A DNA stretch of 64,000 bases from Octopus sinensis (lineage: Eukaryota), in the NCBI RefSeq assembly GCF_006345805.1, contig NC_043018.1, forward strand, positions 19,034,001-19,098,000, given 5' to 3'. The notes under the pieces were generated by a model, which saw only the letters and a program-made list of their open reading frames with translations, had not been told where the DNA came from and searched no databases. How positions within the stretch are numbered: the first letter of the stretch is position 1; every line of letters begins with the position of its first letter. Positions 10,565 to 22,782 of the stretch are shown piece after piece. Position numbers and translations under genes: made by a program.

Positions 10565-11695
10565 TTTTCCGATCGTGGCTGTTTGCCAGCCTCACCTGGC
10601 TCCCATGCCAATGGCACATAAAAAGCACCATCCGATCGTGGCCGTTGCCAGCGCCGCTCCGACTGGCCTCCATGCCGGTGGCACATAAAAAGCACCATCC
10701 GATTGTGGCCATTTGCCAGCCTCACCTGGCCCCCGTGGCGGTGGCACATAAAAAGCACCATCCGATCATGGCCGTTTGCCAGCCTCACCTGGCCCCCGTG
10801 CCAATGGCACATAAAAAGCACCATCCGAACGTGGCCGTAGCCAGCACCGCCCGACTGGCCTCCATGCCGGTGGCACATAAAAAGCACCATCCGACCGTGG
10901 CCGTTGCCAGATTCATCTGGTCCCCGTGCCGGTGGCACATAAAAAGCACCATCCGATTGTGGCCATTTGCCAGCCTCACCTGGCCCCCGTGGCGGTGGCA
11001 CATAAAAAGCACCATCCGATCATGGCCGTTTGCCAGCCTCACCTGGCCCCCGTGCCAATGGCACATAAAAAGCACCATCCGATCGTGGCCGTAGTCAGCA
11101 CCGCCCGACTGGCCTCCGTGCCGGTGGCACATAAAAAGCACCATCCGATCATGGCCGTTTGCCAGCCTCACCTGGCCCCCGTGCCAATGGCACATAAAAA
11201 GCACCATCCGAACGTGGCCGTAGTCAGCACCGCCCGACTGGCCTCCGTGCCGGTGGCACATAAAAAGCACCATCCGATCGTGGCCGTTTGCCAGCCTCAC
11301 CTGGCCCCCGTGCCAGTGGCACGTAAAAAGCACCATCTGATCGTGGCCATTTGCCAGCCTCACCTGGCCCCTGTGGCAGTGGCACATAAAAAGCATCATC
11401 CGTTCGTGGCCGTTTGCCAGCCTCGTCTGGAACCTGTGCCAGTGGCACGTAAAAAGCACCATCCGATCGTGGCCATTTGCCAGCGTCATCTGGCACCTGT
11501 GCCGGTGGCATGTAAAAAGCACCCACTACACTCAAGGAGTGGTTGGCGTTGGGAAGGGCATCCAGCTGTAGAAACATTGCCAGATCAGACTGGGCCTGGC
11601 GCAGCCTTCTGGCTTCCCAGACCCCAGTTGAACCGTCCAACCCATGCTAGCATGGAAAGCGGACGCTAAACGAAGATGATGATGATGATGATGAT
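10565..11695 (+). mobile_element. Family A copy with expanded 62-67-bp minisatellite (~15 units)
   Basis: GGCAC(A/G)TAAAAAGCACC-like motif at 10613, 10680, 10743, 10806, 10872, 10934, 10997, 11060, 11126, 11189, 11255, 11318, 11381, 11444 and 11507, then the tail. Confidence 0.9.
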
Positions 11696-11809
11696 GAAAC
11701 CTCAAACAACCACTGTACACTCCCTCTTTCCATCCATCTCAATCTTGGGTCTCCCTCTCCCAACCAACAACTGAAACTCCTGTCTGAGTCAGAAGAATTT
11801 TGGGTTAAT

Positions 11810-12110
11810 AACAATAATAATGAAATTATTGTATACAGTGCTCAGGTGCACCACAACTTGTCAGAAAGTGCGTATAAAGTACATGCAGTAATGTACAAAT
11901 GTCTGGAAATGTAGCCATGCCCAGGGAAGTAAGGCGTTCAGAATATGGCAAATGCCTGATGGAGGGTATTCTTTTGGTTGCACGTCGCTGAACGGCTTCC
12001 AGACGATTGATATCCTGGGCAAGATAGGGGTTCCAGACCGGTGATGCAAATTCCAGGTGAGGTCTTTATTTTGAAGTTGGCCTCCTACCATCTTCCAGCT
12101 CACCATGCTT
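11810..12110 (-). mobile_element. CR1 LINE fragment with internal deletion, joined to the CR1 3' tail
   Basis: Minus translation HLEFASPVWNPYLAQDINRLEAVQRRATKRIPSIRHLPYSERL; tail GTGCACCTGAGCACTGTATACAATAATTTC. Confidence 0.8.
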
Positions 12111-12449
12111 AGGAAGTCTCTCAACATTCATTCTCACACATCTCCCCCACCTCAATCGACTTTACAGAAACCTCAAGTCTACTCTCCTACAACCACTTCC
12201 CTCAAATACCTCCACAACACCGATGGCCATTCTCCAATTTATCCCAAGAATTTTCCGAAGACAATATTGATGATATCGTTCCAAATGACTGAAATGCCTA
12301 CAATAAACCACTGATATCTCATTTTCATAGAGCAGCAATGACAGAACATGATAATAATAATGATAATAACGAAATTATTGCATACAGTGCTCAGGTGCAC
12401 CACAACTGCTCAGGTGCACCGCAACTGCTCAGGTGCACCACAACATGTC

Positions 12450-12625
12450 TTATAAGCCCTAACTTTAATTTGGAGAGATATACTATGGCATGACCAGAGG
12501 TGCCTGTCAAGCCTACCAAAGGCACTTACCGATTCTATGTGAAATCTCATCAGTGATCAAAGTACTTCCTAAATAAATGAATTTAGTTACAACTTCCAAC
12601 CTTTGTTCATATGCAGTTATGGAAG
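12450..12625 (-). mobile_element. Degraded RTE LINE fragment
   Basis: Minus translation RLEVVTKFIYLGSTL...DEISHRIGK...AFGRL...W. Confidence 0.7.
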
Positions 12626-12748
12626 GTTCCATATAAAGTTACACACACACACACACACACTGGGTGTTCCAAAGAAGACAACTTTATACAACTGTTCTGA
12701 ACAGAATAGACTAAGCAGAGCAAAAGCACACATGAAAGTGGAAAGTGT

Positions 12749-12749
<1 letters not shown>

Positions 12750-12790
<41 letters not shown>

Positions 12791-12872
12791 AGTGTACGTA
12801 TGTATGTACATATATATATTTATATATATATATATATATACATACATAGAGAGAGAGAGAGAGAGCAAGAGC

Positions 12873-12921
<49 letters not shown>

Positions 12922-12966
12922 GGATGGATGGATGGATGGATGGATGGATGGATGGATGGATTGATG

Positions 12967-13000
<34 letters not shown>

Positions 13001-13070
13001 CAGATAGATAGATAGATAGATAGACAGATAGATAGATGTGTGTATATATATATATATGTATACGTGTGTG
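12750..13070. repeat. (TG)/(TA)/(GA)/(GATA)/(GGAT) microsatellite block
   Basis: Direct sequence. Confidence 0.95.
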
Positions 13071-13339
13071 TCTGCATGTATTTATGCAGAAATCCCTCAC
13101 TTAACATGGTTTTCAGTCTAATATTTTCCAAGTTTACACAGTTTGTTAATTGTAATATGTTTTTTTTATTTAATACAAAATGTTATACATAGACAACACA
13201 TTCTTATGTAAAACAATTCAAATCTCACAGTAAGCGTATTTTGTTCCCATGGCAATAGCTAGCAGCCAGCAGCAGCAGAAGCTTTTACCGTTTCACTTAT
13301 TCTCTGCCCGTGACATCATTTTATTTGCTTTACTTGGAA

Positions 13340-14040
13340 TCTTTTTCACCATTACTGATGGATGAGGAGGGAAATGATGCTGATAATGACTCCGTTAAAG
13401 ATATAAAATGTGAATCTTTTATTTCAGAAAAGAACCATTAAATTATTAAAAGTTATGATAAAAGCTGTAGAAAGTCAAAGAACGCCTGCTTATTTGGATG
13501 GAAGCACCATTTTCAAAAAAGCTGAAGATTATAAAGGAAAAGACAGCTGGTTCTATCTTTAAGAGTGATGCAATCAATTTGAAATTGGAATGAGAAGATG
13601 GTTGAAGTAGAATTCTTATTAAAGGTTGTAATCTGAACCAAATGTGACCGAGTGTCTACGGCAACGAAATGGATGGTTTGAGGCTATTCTCTACCTTGAA
13701 ATGAGACAATAAAGTAAAAGTAGGAAAAAAAATAGGAAAAAAAAAAGCATTTTATAGAAAGCTTTGAGGAGTGCAAAAAGTAGTTTGGATCGTTGAGTGT
13801 GAGAATTCAAGGAAATTCTGCCAGTGTTGATGGAGAAGTTACAGGAAGATTAAAATAGAATTTCAAAAGCTTAATAGAAGAGGCAAACTACGATGACAGG
13901 AAAATGAAACTGCATTATTTTGGAAGCGTATTCCTGCAAAAAGGTCACTTTGCATAACGAAGAGAAAAAAACTGTTTCTAGTTTAAGTGTGAAAAGATGG
14001 AATCACAGTTTTAATGGGAAGAAATGCTGATGGTGATTTC
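13340..14040 (+). mobile_element. pogo/Tigger-type transposase relic (many stops and frameshifts)
   Basis: Fragments GNSASVDGE, ETALFWKRIP and ITVLMGRNADGDF match DDE_1-type Tigger/CENP-B motifs; HTH-like N-terminal remnant from about 13400. Confidence 0.7.
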
Positions 14041-14790
14041 GGAAGCTGTTCAGCGACGTGCAACCAAAAGAATACCCTCCATCAGGCATTTGCCATATCC
14101 TGAATGCCTTACTTCCCTGGGCATGGACACATTGAAACTCCGACGTCTGGCAGCTGACTTGGCAGACACCCATAAAATTATCAACCATCGCACAAACAAT
14201 AACTCTGAGCACCTCTTCAAACTCCACCCATCTAACACCCGTGGACATATTTACAAAGTAAGAAAACAGCACAGCTCCCATGACTTCAGGAAACATTTTT
14301 TCACGCTGAGAGTTGCTGAAGCATGGAACAAACTGCCGGCATCGGTTGTTAGTTGTTGGAGCACTGCATCCTTCAAAGCTTCCATGCTTCCTGAGATTCG
14401 CCAACACTACATCTGATTTTCTCCCCTCCATACCTTTTCAAACTCCACCCATCTAACACCCGTCGACATATTTACAAAGTAAGAAAACAGCACAGCTCCC
14501 ATGACTTCAGGAAACATTTTTTCACGCTGAGAGTTGCTGAAGCATGGAACAAACTGCCGGCATCGGTTGTTAGTTGTCGGAGCACTGCATCCTTCAAAAC
14601 TTCCATGCTTCCTGAGATTCGCCAACACTACACTTGATTTTCTCCCCTCCATACACACACAGGCATGTATCTGACTCTTGCATTGTTCGCTTTCCAGACA
14701 TTTCTACATCACTGCATGTACTTTATATGCATTTTCTGACAAGTTGTGGTGCACCTGAGCACTGTATACAATAATTTCATTATTATTATA
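14041..14790 (+). mobile_element. CR1 LINE 3' portion with 221-bp tandem duplication
   Basis: ORF 14024-14416 (EAVQRRATKRIP, LKLRRL, RVAEAWNKLP); junction CTCCCCTCCATACCTTTTCAAACTCC near 14421-14446. Confidence 0.9.
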
Positions 14791-14799
14791 TATTATTAT

Positions 14800-15220
14800 A
14801 AACTAAAGACAATGGTAATGAACTGTACACAAAATCTAAGAACACAAAGACTACAATGAACAAGCGTTATCAATGATTTGGAGCTCAAATCTAAAAGTGT
14901 GGGTGATGAAGTTCTTTTCAGAGTTTGCTTCAAGACTTATTTCTGTCCAACGATGGAAAAATATGAGCAAAATAATCATAGACCTGCATGGGGTGGACGC
15001 AGATGTCTTTAAAATGAAACTGGATCTCTTCTTGTCAGGTATCCCAGATGAACCAACTTCACGGCAGGAGGTGCAGATGAGGGCAGCTGCATCGAACTCT
15101 CTCATGCACCAAATGGCAATTGCTAAGAAGCATTCGTGAAGTAAAATCATGTAGCAACACCAAATGGCGGTGCCCCAGCATGGCCACAGCTTGTGAGCTG
15201 AAACTAGATAAATAAATAGT
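14800..15220 (+). mobile_element. Second CR1-like LINE family, 3' end
   Basis: DLHGVDADVFKMKLDLFLSGIPDEP...RAAASNSL in ORF 14873-15139. Confidence 0.7.
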
Positions 15221-15779
15221 TTTAAAGCTTTGTTGCTTTTTGAATAAATTTTTCTGGTGATTCTCTTCCTAAAAGTGACTTGGATAAATCTGTGAAGATA
15301 TATTTTTTGTCTCTCTAACACAGTGGCTCTTAACTGGGGTCTATTTGGCCTCTGAGGGTCATTATAAGATTTTTAGGGGGTGGGGGCATATAACAAAATA
15401 GTAAATGGGGAAATTCACAATAGTATTTTAAGGACCCCCTGAAAAAATTTTGCTTTAGATCAGGGGTCAGCGAACTGGGGTAGATTATCCCAAGAGGGGT
15501 AAAATGAAATTCTTGAGGTAATGAGAATCATTAGACATACTGTAAATCCTCGAGTATAGTCCGCCTTTGAGTATAATACGCAGGGGATTTTTAGGGGGCT
15601 GTACTTCTGAAAAACCTAAACCTTGTGTATAATATGCACCCCTTCTCTAACTTGTGTATAATACGCACCCCTTCTCTAACCTTTCTTCAGAGGTTGGTTA
15701 GAGGGGTAGCAAGTTGGCGCCTGCATTCCTTCAGGAGATTAGCAGGAAATCTATCAGAGCCTACAACAGGGTAATATTT

Positions 15780-16260
15780 GATTTCATTTATTGCTGCTAT
15801 GATGTCTGGGGCAGTAAACAGTTATGTCCCTGATAGTATGTTGAGGACTGAGTTTCATTTAGGTCCCTTGCGCATCAGTACCAGTGGGGTCACTAAAGAC
15901 AGAACAGTATTGCTTCTGCAGTACTTCTGCCATTTCTTTAGTATCATGTTGGAGAATGCTGTTATGAACAATCAGTGGACCAGAGGGTGACACTGTGGTC
16001 CTTTGCTTGTTGGAAGACGAACAGAACACTTCTGGGTTCTGCTTGGATTTTTTGATTCACCAGTTGTCCTCTGTAGTTCTTTGATTGTAAATGTAGGGTT
16101 CCATGGTGATCTGCAGATTATGGTTTTTCAAATCAAGCCTTCTTATTGCTGCTGGTTCTATTGAATGGTTATGCTGTTGGTGATAGTATTTTAATTGGTT
16201 AATTTTTTTAATTAAGTTCTTTGATTCTTCTGATGAGAGTTTTTTCTCTCTTGGGAGCCT
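15780..16260 (-). mobile_element. Degraded CR1 ORF2 linker fragment
   Basis: Minus translation SKQNPEVF...SGPLI...DTKEMAEVLQKQYCSVFSDP. Confidence 0.55.
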
Positions 16261-16550
16261 ATTTCTACCCAATTTATGTGTGTGTGTTAAGAAAGCAATG
16301 AGGGCAAAATGCAGAAAACATGGAATGGACAGGTTTGAGCCAATGTTACATTAGTTTAATGCTTAAAAAGAAGGGAAAGCATCTTGACATTTCGGATGTC
16401 AGTTCTTCATCAGAAGAAAGATAGAAAAGTAAAAGAAGAGAATGAATAAGAAAGGGAAATTAGAGAAAACATACATACATACATACATACTTATACACAT
16501 ACGTACAAATATACATGTGTGTATGAACATAAGAATACACACACAGACAT

Positions 16551-16589
<39 letters not shown>

Positions 16590-17110
16590 CACACATGTGT
16601 GCACAAACATAGACACAGACACACACACATCATTATCATCATTATTGAATCAAGCATTATCAGAGGAACTGAGTTTAATAATGTTATGAGATATTATTTT
16701 GATAAAAGATCATGGAAAATGCATTTCATTTCCTAATAAGGTTTATCATTATTTTGTGTAAAATATGTTGTTACCTGGACAATGTGGCAGGTGAGAAAGT
16801 AAAACATTTACACAAGTTTATTCTTGGTCATTTTCTGGCAGCCACAGATTGGCCATCAAAAGACTGACATCAAAAGCTATCGATTTTCTTCATATTTCAC
16901 ACCAGATATGTTCTACTACCATTTTACAGAATTATCCTGTCATACATTTATTGCTCTTGACAAGAACCAATTGAATATTTCTGGCCCGAAGGGAATTCAA
17001 ATACTCAATTTTGAGATCCATTCTCTCACCAAAGAATTTATCAAAAGTGTCTTCCTCTGTTTTCCAAAATTTCATTACGACACACTAGCACTAAGATCCA
17101 CAAAAATTCT

Positions 17111-17339
17111 TTAACCCTTTAGCATTCAAACCGGCCATATCCAGCCAAAAGTATTCTGCCTGTTTTATGTTGAAACTGGCCAGATCTGGTCTCTCTCACC
17201 AGCCCTACAATATCGTTTTAAAAATTAACAGCTACCTCATTAAAATCTCAAAGCTACAAGATAATGCATGATTAGTTCAAGGCAATGTGGATGAAGAAGT
17301 ATTAATTTTGGTAGAATAATACGAACACTAAAGGGTTAA
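17111..17339. mobile_element. piggyBac-like MITE (229 bp including TTAA)
   Basis: TTAACCCTTT...AAAGGGTTAA; inverted copy of the same length at 56438-56666. Confidence 0.8.
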
Positions 17340-17600
17340 ATGGTCAGCAAATATTCTCATTGGCCACATCATCGACAGACATTCTCAGACTGTCAGCAGT
17401 TGTTTCTTTTGATCTGACAAATAAATTTCTCTGTTGCTGGACTCTGACTGATCTTCTGATTTAAACAGAGACCGGGCATTGGTGTTTGTTGTTTACAATA
17501 TTGCCACTTTCTCACAGATGTCTAGCCTTGTTTTTCTTTCAGGAAAGTAAATTACCTTAACCCTTTTGTTACTGTAAGAATTGTTTCTCTATTATATATT

Positions 17601-18083
17601 TTAACCCTTTTGTTACTGTATTTATTTTGAGATGCTCTGTGTTTCTTACAATTATTTTAAATATAACAAAGGATTTAGTAAAATAACTTAGTTATCATTC
17701 AGCTAGTGTTAGGAACATAAATTGTGACTAAGGCTTGGTGGAAGATTTTAATTCAAAACTTATGGAAACAAGACATTTGTACTACAGAGTCAAAGCTGGT
17801 TTCAGCCAGGTTGGTATCAAAAGGGTTAAGAATTGTTTCTCTATTATATATTTTAACCCTTTTGTCACCATATTGCAGTTGAGATGCTCTGTGTTTCTTT
17901 CAATTAATTTTAAATGTAACAAAGAATTTAGTAAAATAACTTAGTTATCATTCAGCTAGTGTCAGGAATATAAATTGTGACTAAGGTTTGGTGGTATATT
18001 TTTATGCAAAACTTATGAAAACAAGACATTTATACTACAGAGCTAGAGCCGGTTTTGGCTGGGTTGGTAACGAAAAGAATTAA
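17601..18083. mobile_element. Two tandem copies of a second TTAA/CCCTTT-ended MITE (252-bp period)
   Basis: TTAACCCTTTTG at 17601 and 17853; AAAAGGGTTAA end at 17829. Confidence 0.75.
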
Positions 18084-18227
18084 CAGAGCCATAGAAACAA
18101 TACAAAGTAGAAAAAAAATCCATGGCAATTTTGCCCAAGTCCTACGGCAAAAGCTTCGTCCTCTTCCGTAGGATCTATTTCTAGCTATGCGATCAGTGAT
18201 ATTTGAGATTTGTGATTACCTCATCAT

Positions 18228-18715
18228 CATCATCATCATTGTTCGACCGTGGTCGAGAAAATGGAATTTACCATGCTACGCCAGACTTCACGGTCCATCA
18301 TAGCATTATGGAGGTCCTGTTGCTGGATGCCTGTATCCCTGGAGATTACATCAGGGTAGGAGAGTGTGCGCCCTCTGGTGTTGCGAGTAGATGGCTTCCA
18401 GAGGAGAAGAGTAAAAATTACTTCGTTTTCAGCTCTACAACAATGTCCAGCAAACTGGACTCTCCTACCTTTCACAAGAGATGACACAGGTGGTAGTTTC
18501 CCATATATTTGCATTTTGGTTGGATGGTGCTTCCACGAGAGATTTTGAGCTCTCATAAGGAGGCGAGTGTAGGTTCCATCCAACCGCCTCTCAAGCTTCT
18601 TTGATAACGTCCAGGTTTCTGAGCCATATAGTTGAACTGGTTCGACTGTGGCTTTGAAGATTTCAAGTTTGAAGTCTCTACTTAGATTTGATAACCAGAT
18701 CTTATGCATGTCATT
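18228..18715 (-). mobile_element. RTE-clade LINE 3' end with (GAT)n tail
   Basis: ORF 18236-18709 (LYGSETWTL, RRVQFAGHC, MMDREVWR). Confidence 0.92.
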
Positions 18716-19035
18716 ACAGGATTTACATATTTTCTGTTTAATCAGAAAAAAAAGGTGGAGTCCACATTGCTCACGCTGGGTTTTTCCACCTTGACAATAT
18801 ACTGTCAGCGATAAACTATTAATAGCTATGCTCCAGATTGGCTGTCTGTTGCTTTATCACACAACCCATTCTAAGATAACGAGGTACAAATTGAATTCTA
18901 CCTGTATTGTGAAAAAATATAATCATTGATCGAAAAGGTAGCACTAAATATATGCGTGAATCAATTGGTGGCCTGAAGACTCTCATGAGGAGTCACCAAA
19001 TAAAACACATAAATTGTAAATATTGGGAAACAATC

Positions 19036-19074
<39 letters not shown>

Positions 19075-19160
19075 TAATAATAATAATGATAATAATAATA
19101 ATAATAATAAAACAATCGTAATAATAATAATAATAATAGTAATAATAATAATAATAATAA

Positions 19161-19382
19161 TTTGAGCGGGATGGGCTACTCAACCTGAAGAAAATTCAAA
19201 CTGGGCCCCACCTGCAAGGTCATGTGCTGTTTATCTTTATATGAGATCACCATGTCGCGCACATATGGTTGTGATGCATGTGCCTGGTGTACCCTTATCA
19301 GACGGGTAGTCATGATGGGTATATTGGGCTTCGTATATTTTACCCCAGTGTCACTTTGATGGCATGCACTGCTCTCTCACTC

Positions 19383-19416
<34 letters not shown>

Positions 19417-20244
19417 TGCCCTGATGCAGTACCAGGCAGTGGCTCTCATGGCTTCTGATCTTAACTGATTGGAAGTGTTATCATGTACATTGTTTTGTCT
19501 TGGTATAAAAGATGGGCTACAGCAAATATTCTGCTCAATACCACAGATTTGCTTGTCAGTTGTTTGACCTTAACCAGTTGAGCATGTCCCTTAGTGGCTG
19601 ACGATATGTGCATCTCTGATCACGAGCAGAAGTAGTGGGGGAGCATCATAGCCATGTGATGAGAGGGATTCTTTGGGGTTTGAATAATTCACCTCTGGAA
19701 ACATGGATGGTTTGTTCCACATCCTTAAACAACACTTATTCAGAGACCTTTTGAGCGGGATGTGCTACTCGACCTGAAGAAAATTCTAACTGGGCACCCA
19801 CCCCACCTGCAAGGTCATGTGCTGTTTATCTTGATATGAGGTCACCATGTCGCGCACATATGGTTGTGATGCATGTGCTTTGTGTACCCTCATCAGACGG
19901 GTAGTCATGATGGGTATACTGGGCTTCGTATATTTGTACCCCAGTGTTACTTTGATGGCATGAACTGCTCTCTCACTCAATAATAATAATAATAATAATA
20001 ACAACAACAATAATAATAATAATGAGCTGGGTTACTCGATCTGAAGAAAATTCTAACTGGGCACCCACCCCACCTGCAAGGTCATGTGCTGTTTATCTTT
20101 TTATGAGATCACCATGTCGCGCACATATGGTTGTGATGCATGTGTTTGGTGTACCCTTATCAGACGGGTAGTCATGATGGGTATATTGGGCTTCGTATAT
20201 TTTACCCCAGTGTCACTTTGATGGCATGCACTGCTCTCTCACTC
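19161..20244 (+). mobile_element. Three copies of an unclassified (TAA)n-tailed element within a TAA array
   Basis: Copies 19161-19383, 19416-19978 and 20024-20244 all end ...CTCTCTCACTC(AAT)n. Confidence 0.75.
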
Positions 20245-20509
20245 AATAATAATAATAATAATAATAATAATGATAAAAATAATGATAATGATGATGATAA
20301 TAGTATCGGTGTATTGTTAATTGTCTGTTTGCATTAGTATTATTTCCTAGTATGACCAGTTTGATTGGTTTCCTCTCGCTATTGTTATTATATAATGATT
20401 TCTAATTAGATTTTATTGCCTTCTTACTGAACACTCATACGTTGTCTTTGAAGGGAGATTCCACCATCATCATTGTCATCATTATCATGATAGATCGTTA
20501 GCCACTACA

Positions 20510-20672
20510 CACATTTTTTTCTCTTCCTGTTTCTCGCTTTGTTCCTTTCTGTGGAAGAGCATAGGCTCGAAACGTAAAAGACTTTTTCTATTCCTGAGCG
20601 TTATACTAATACATCTGTTTGTTTTGTACACCACCTGTCCTCGTCTTTTGTTTTTTTTTTCATAAATTCTCC
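20510..20672 (+). mobile_element. Penelope-type terminal fragment
   Basis: Homologous to about 4030-4195; GAAGAGCATAGGCTCGAAACGTAAAAG. Confidence 0.5.
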
Positions 20673-20701
20673 CTATATATATATATATATATATATATAC
20701 A

Positions 20702-21113
20702 TAGGTGCAGGAGTGGCTGTGTGGTAAGTAGCTTGCTCACCAACCACATGGTTCCAGGTTCAGTCCCACTGTGGAGCACCTTGGACAAATGTCTTCTACT
20801 ATAGCCTCGGGCCGACCAAAGCCTTGTGAGTGCATTTGGTAGATGGAAACTGAAAGAAGCCCATCGTATATATATATTATATATATATATATATGTATAT
20901 ATATTTGTGTGTGTGCTTCTGTGTTTGTCCTCCCACCATTGCTTGATGGTGTTCGTGTGTTTATGTCCCCGTAACTTAGTGGTTTGGCAAAAAAGGCCGA
21001 TAGAATAATTACTAGCCTTACAAAGAATAAGTCCTGGGGTCGATTTGTTAGACTAAACAGAGATCCAGTATGGCCGCAGTCAAATGATTGAAACAAGTAA
21101 AAGAATAAAAGAA
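20702..21113 (+). mobile_element. tRNA-derived SINE family B with CORE-like segment and internal microsatellite
   Basis: GCAGGAGTGGCTGTGTGGTAAG...GGTTCAGTCCCAC...CCTTGG(G/A)CAA; other copies or parts near 25550-26120, 38705-38850, 39745-39890, 47430-47590, 53030-53600, 58960-59270, 59580-59740 and 63897-64000. Confidence 0.85.
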
Positions 21114-21180
21114 TATATGTATGTATGCATGTATCTGTATGTATGTGGGTATATGTATATATATATATTATTTTTTTTAT

Positions 21181-21480
21181 GCGCCCTTTTCAAGCCTAGC
21201 CAGGCTCATGGGCCCAGTTTCCCGGTTTCTGTGGCGTATGTGTTACCCCCAGCTGGATGGGATGCCAGTCCATCGCAGTGTTACCCAAGAAACAGGAAGA
21301 AAGAGTGAGAGAAAATTGGGGCGAAAGAGTACAACAGGGGTTGCCACCACCTTCTGCCTGAGCGTCGTGGAGCTTTAGGTGTTTTCGCTCAATAAACATA
21401 CACAACGCCCGATCTGGGAATCGAAACTGTGATCCTCCAACCATGAGTCCGCTGCCCTAACCACTAGGTCATTGCGCCTC
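21181..21480 (-). mobile_element. SINE with family C head and a different 3' tail
   Basis: GAGGCGCAATGACCTAGTGGTTAGGG head; 3' part differs from 4223-4610. Confidence 0.8.
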
Positions 21481-21518
21481 AACACACACATGTATATATA
21501 TATATAATATATATATAT

Positions 21519-21591
<73 letters not shown>

Positions 21592-21606
21592 TATATACAC
21601 ACATAC

Positions 21607-22015
21607 ATACAAAGAAGTAAATATATGGCACAACGAAGTACCGATATTTACTGCGTTTCAGTCGAGTGTAATGGCATTAATGTGGTAACATCTGAAATGC
21701 TGTCATGGTATATGTTTGGCTGATGAAGATAGATCAAGTTTGTGGGTGGCAGACATATCGTGAAAAATCTGAAACCTGTGCAGGTCCCACATTATCCTTT
21801 TCCAGGTATTTCATCTTTCAGATGTTATCCTTTTCCAGGTATTTCATCTTTCAGATGTTCTCCCTGGAGGTAAGACAATTTTTTCTAGTTTGTTGCACAC
21901 ACTCATTTTTGCTAGTACATACGCGGTGAAGCTATACATTAGCGTTGTATTATTACGTTCGCTATTTCCAGTAAATATCGGTACTTCGTTGTGCCATATA
22001 TTTACTTCTTTGTAT
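21607..22015. mobile_element. Element bounded by a perfect 47-bp inverted repeat (MITE-like)
   Basis: ATACAAAGAAGTAAATATATGGCACAACGAAGTACCGATATTTACTG (21607-21653) is the exact reverse complement of 21969-22015. Confidence 0.75.
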
Positions 22016-22073
22016 ATTTTTCCCTCACGGGCTATTCTTTACTGGAAAGCAATACTCTAGTATTGCATTACTA

Positions 22074-22111
<38 letters not shown>

Positions 22112-22782
22112 AGCCATATGCAAAATGGAATATGTATTTTGTCGGACTAATGATTATGGATTAAATATCTTTTCATTCATCATAAGATTTTGAGCAATTT
22201 TTCCTAAGTGGCCTGTCATAGCTTCTTTTTGAACTTGTCAACCCCTTAAATAATACACACACACACATACTTTCCAACCCATGCCAACATGGAAGATGGA
22301 TTTTAAAATATGATGATGACATGATACATATACATATATATATATATCTTATCTTTACAAGTCAGTGTTTTCACTTACCAACCATCGTCAATATACATGT
22401 CTGCGTGAGTGTATAAATATATTTGTTTATGCATGTGTGTATATACACATACACGTTTATATACATACATATCTGAGTGTACGTATAGATATGTATTCCT
22501 ATACATATATGTATATACTTAGAAGCCAAAATGCTAGTTCTACAATCTCTCTGAGAGATCACCACAGCAGTTGTACTATCAAGTGGCCATGAATCTTATT
22601 TGATACCTACTTACATCCAACATTTTAATGCCAACTTCTCTATATTTACATAGAATGGATGGAATTTATTGAGGCAGAAATTCTATGGACTGATGTCCTT
22701 CCTTTCAACGTTCATTTGTTTCCAAGCAAGTTAATATTTCTCCATGGCCAGACATGTTCTTGGAGAATGCTGGAAACGAAGT

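Noticed and set aside
10258-11669. ORFs of 245-278 aa on both strands
   Set aside because: Result of 63/66-bp (multiple-of-three) minisatellite units lacking stops
12530-12568. Perfect-looking 39-nt minus-strand exon (TTTATTTAG|...|GTAAGT)
   Set aside because: The flanks continue an RTE reading frame (FIYLGSTL...RIGK), so the splice signals are coincidental, although exonisation cannot be excluded
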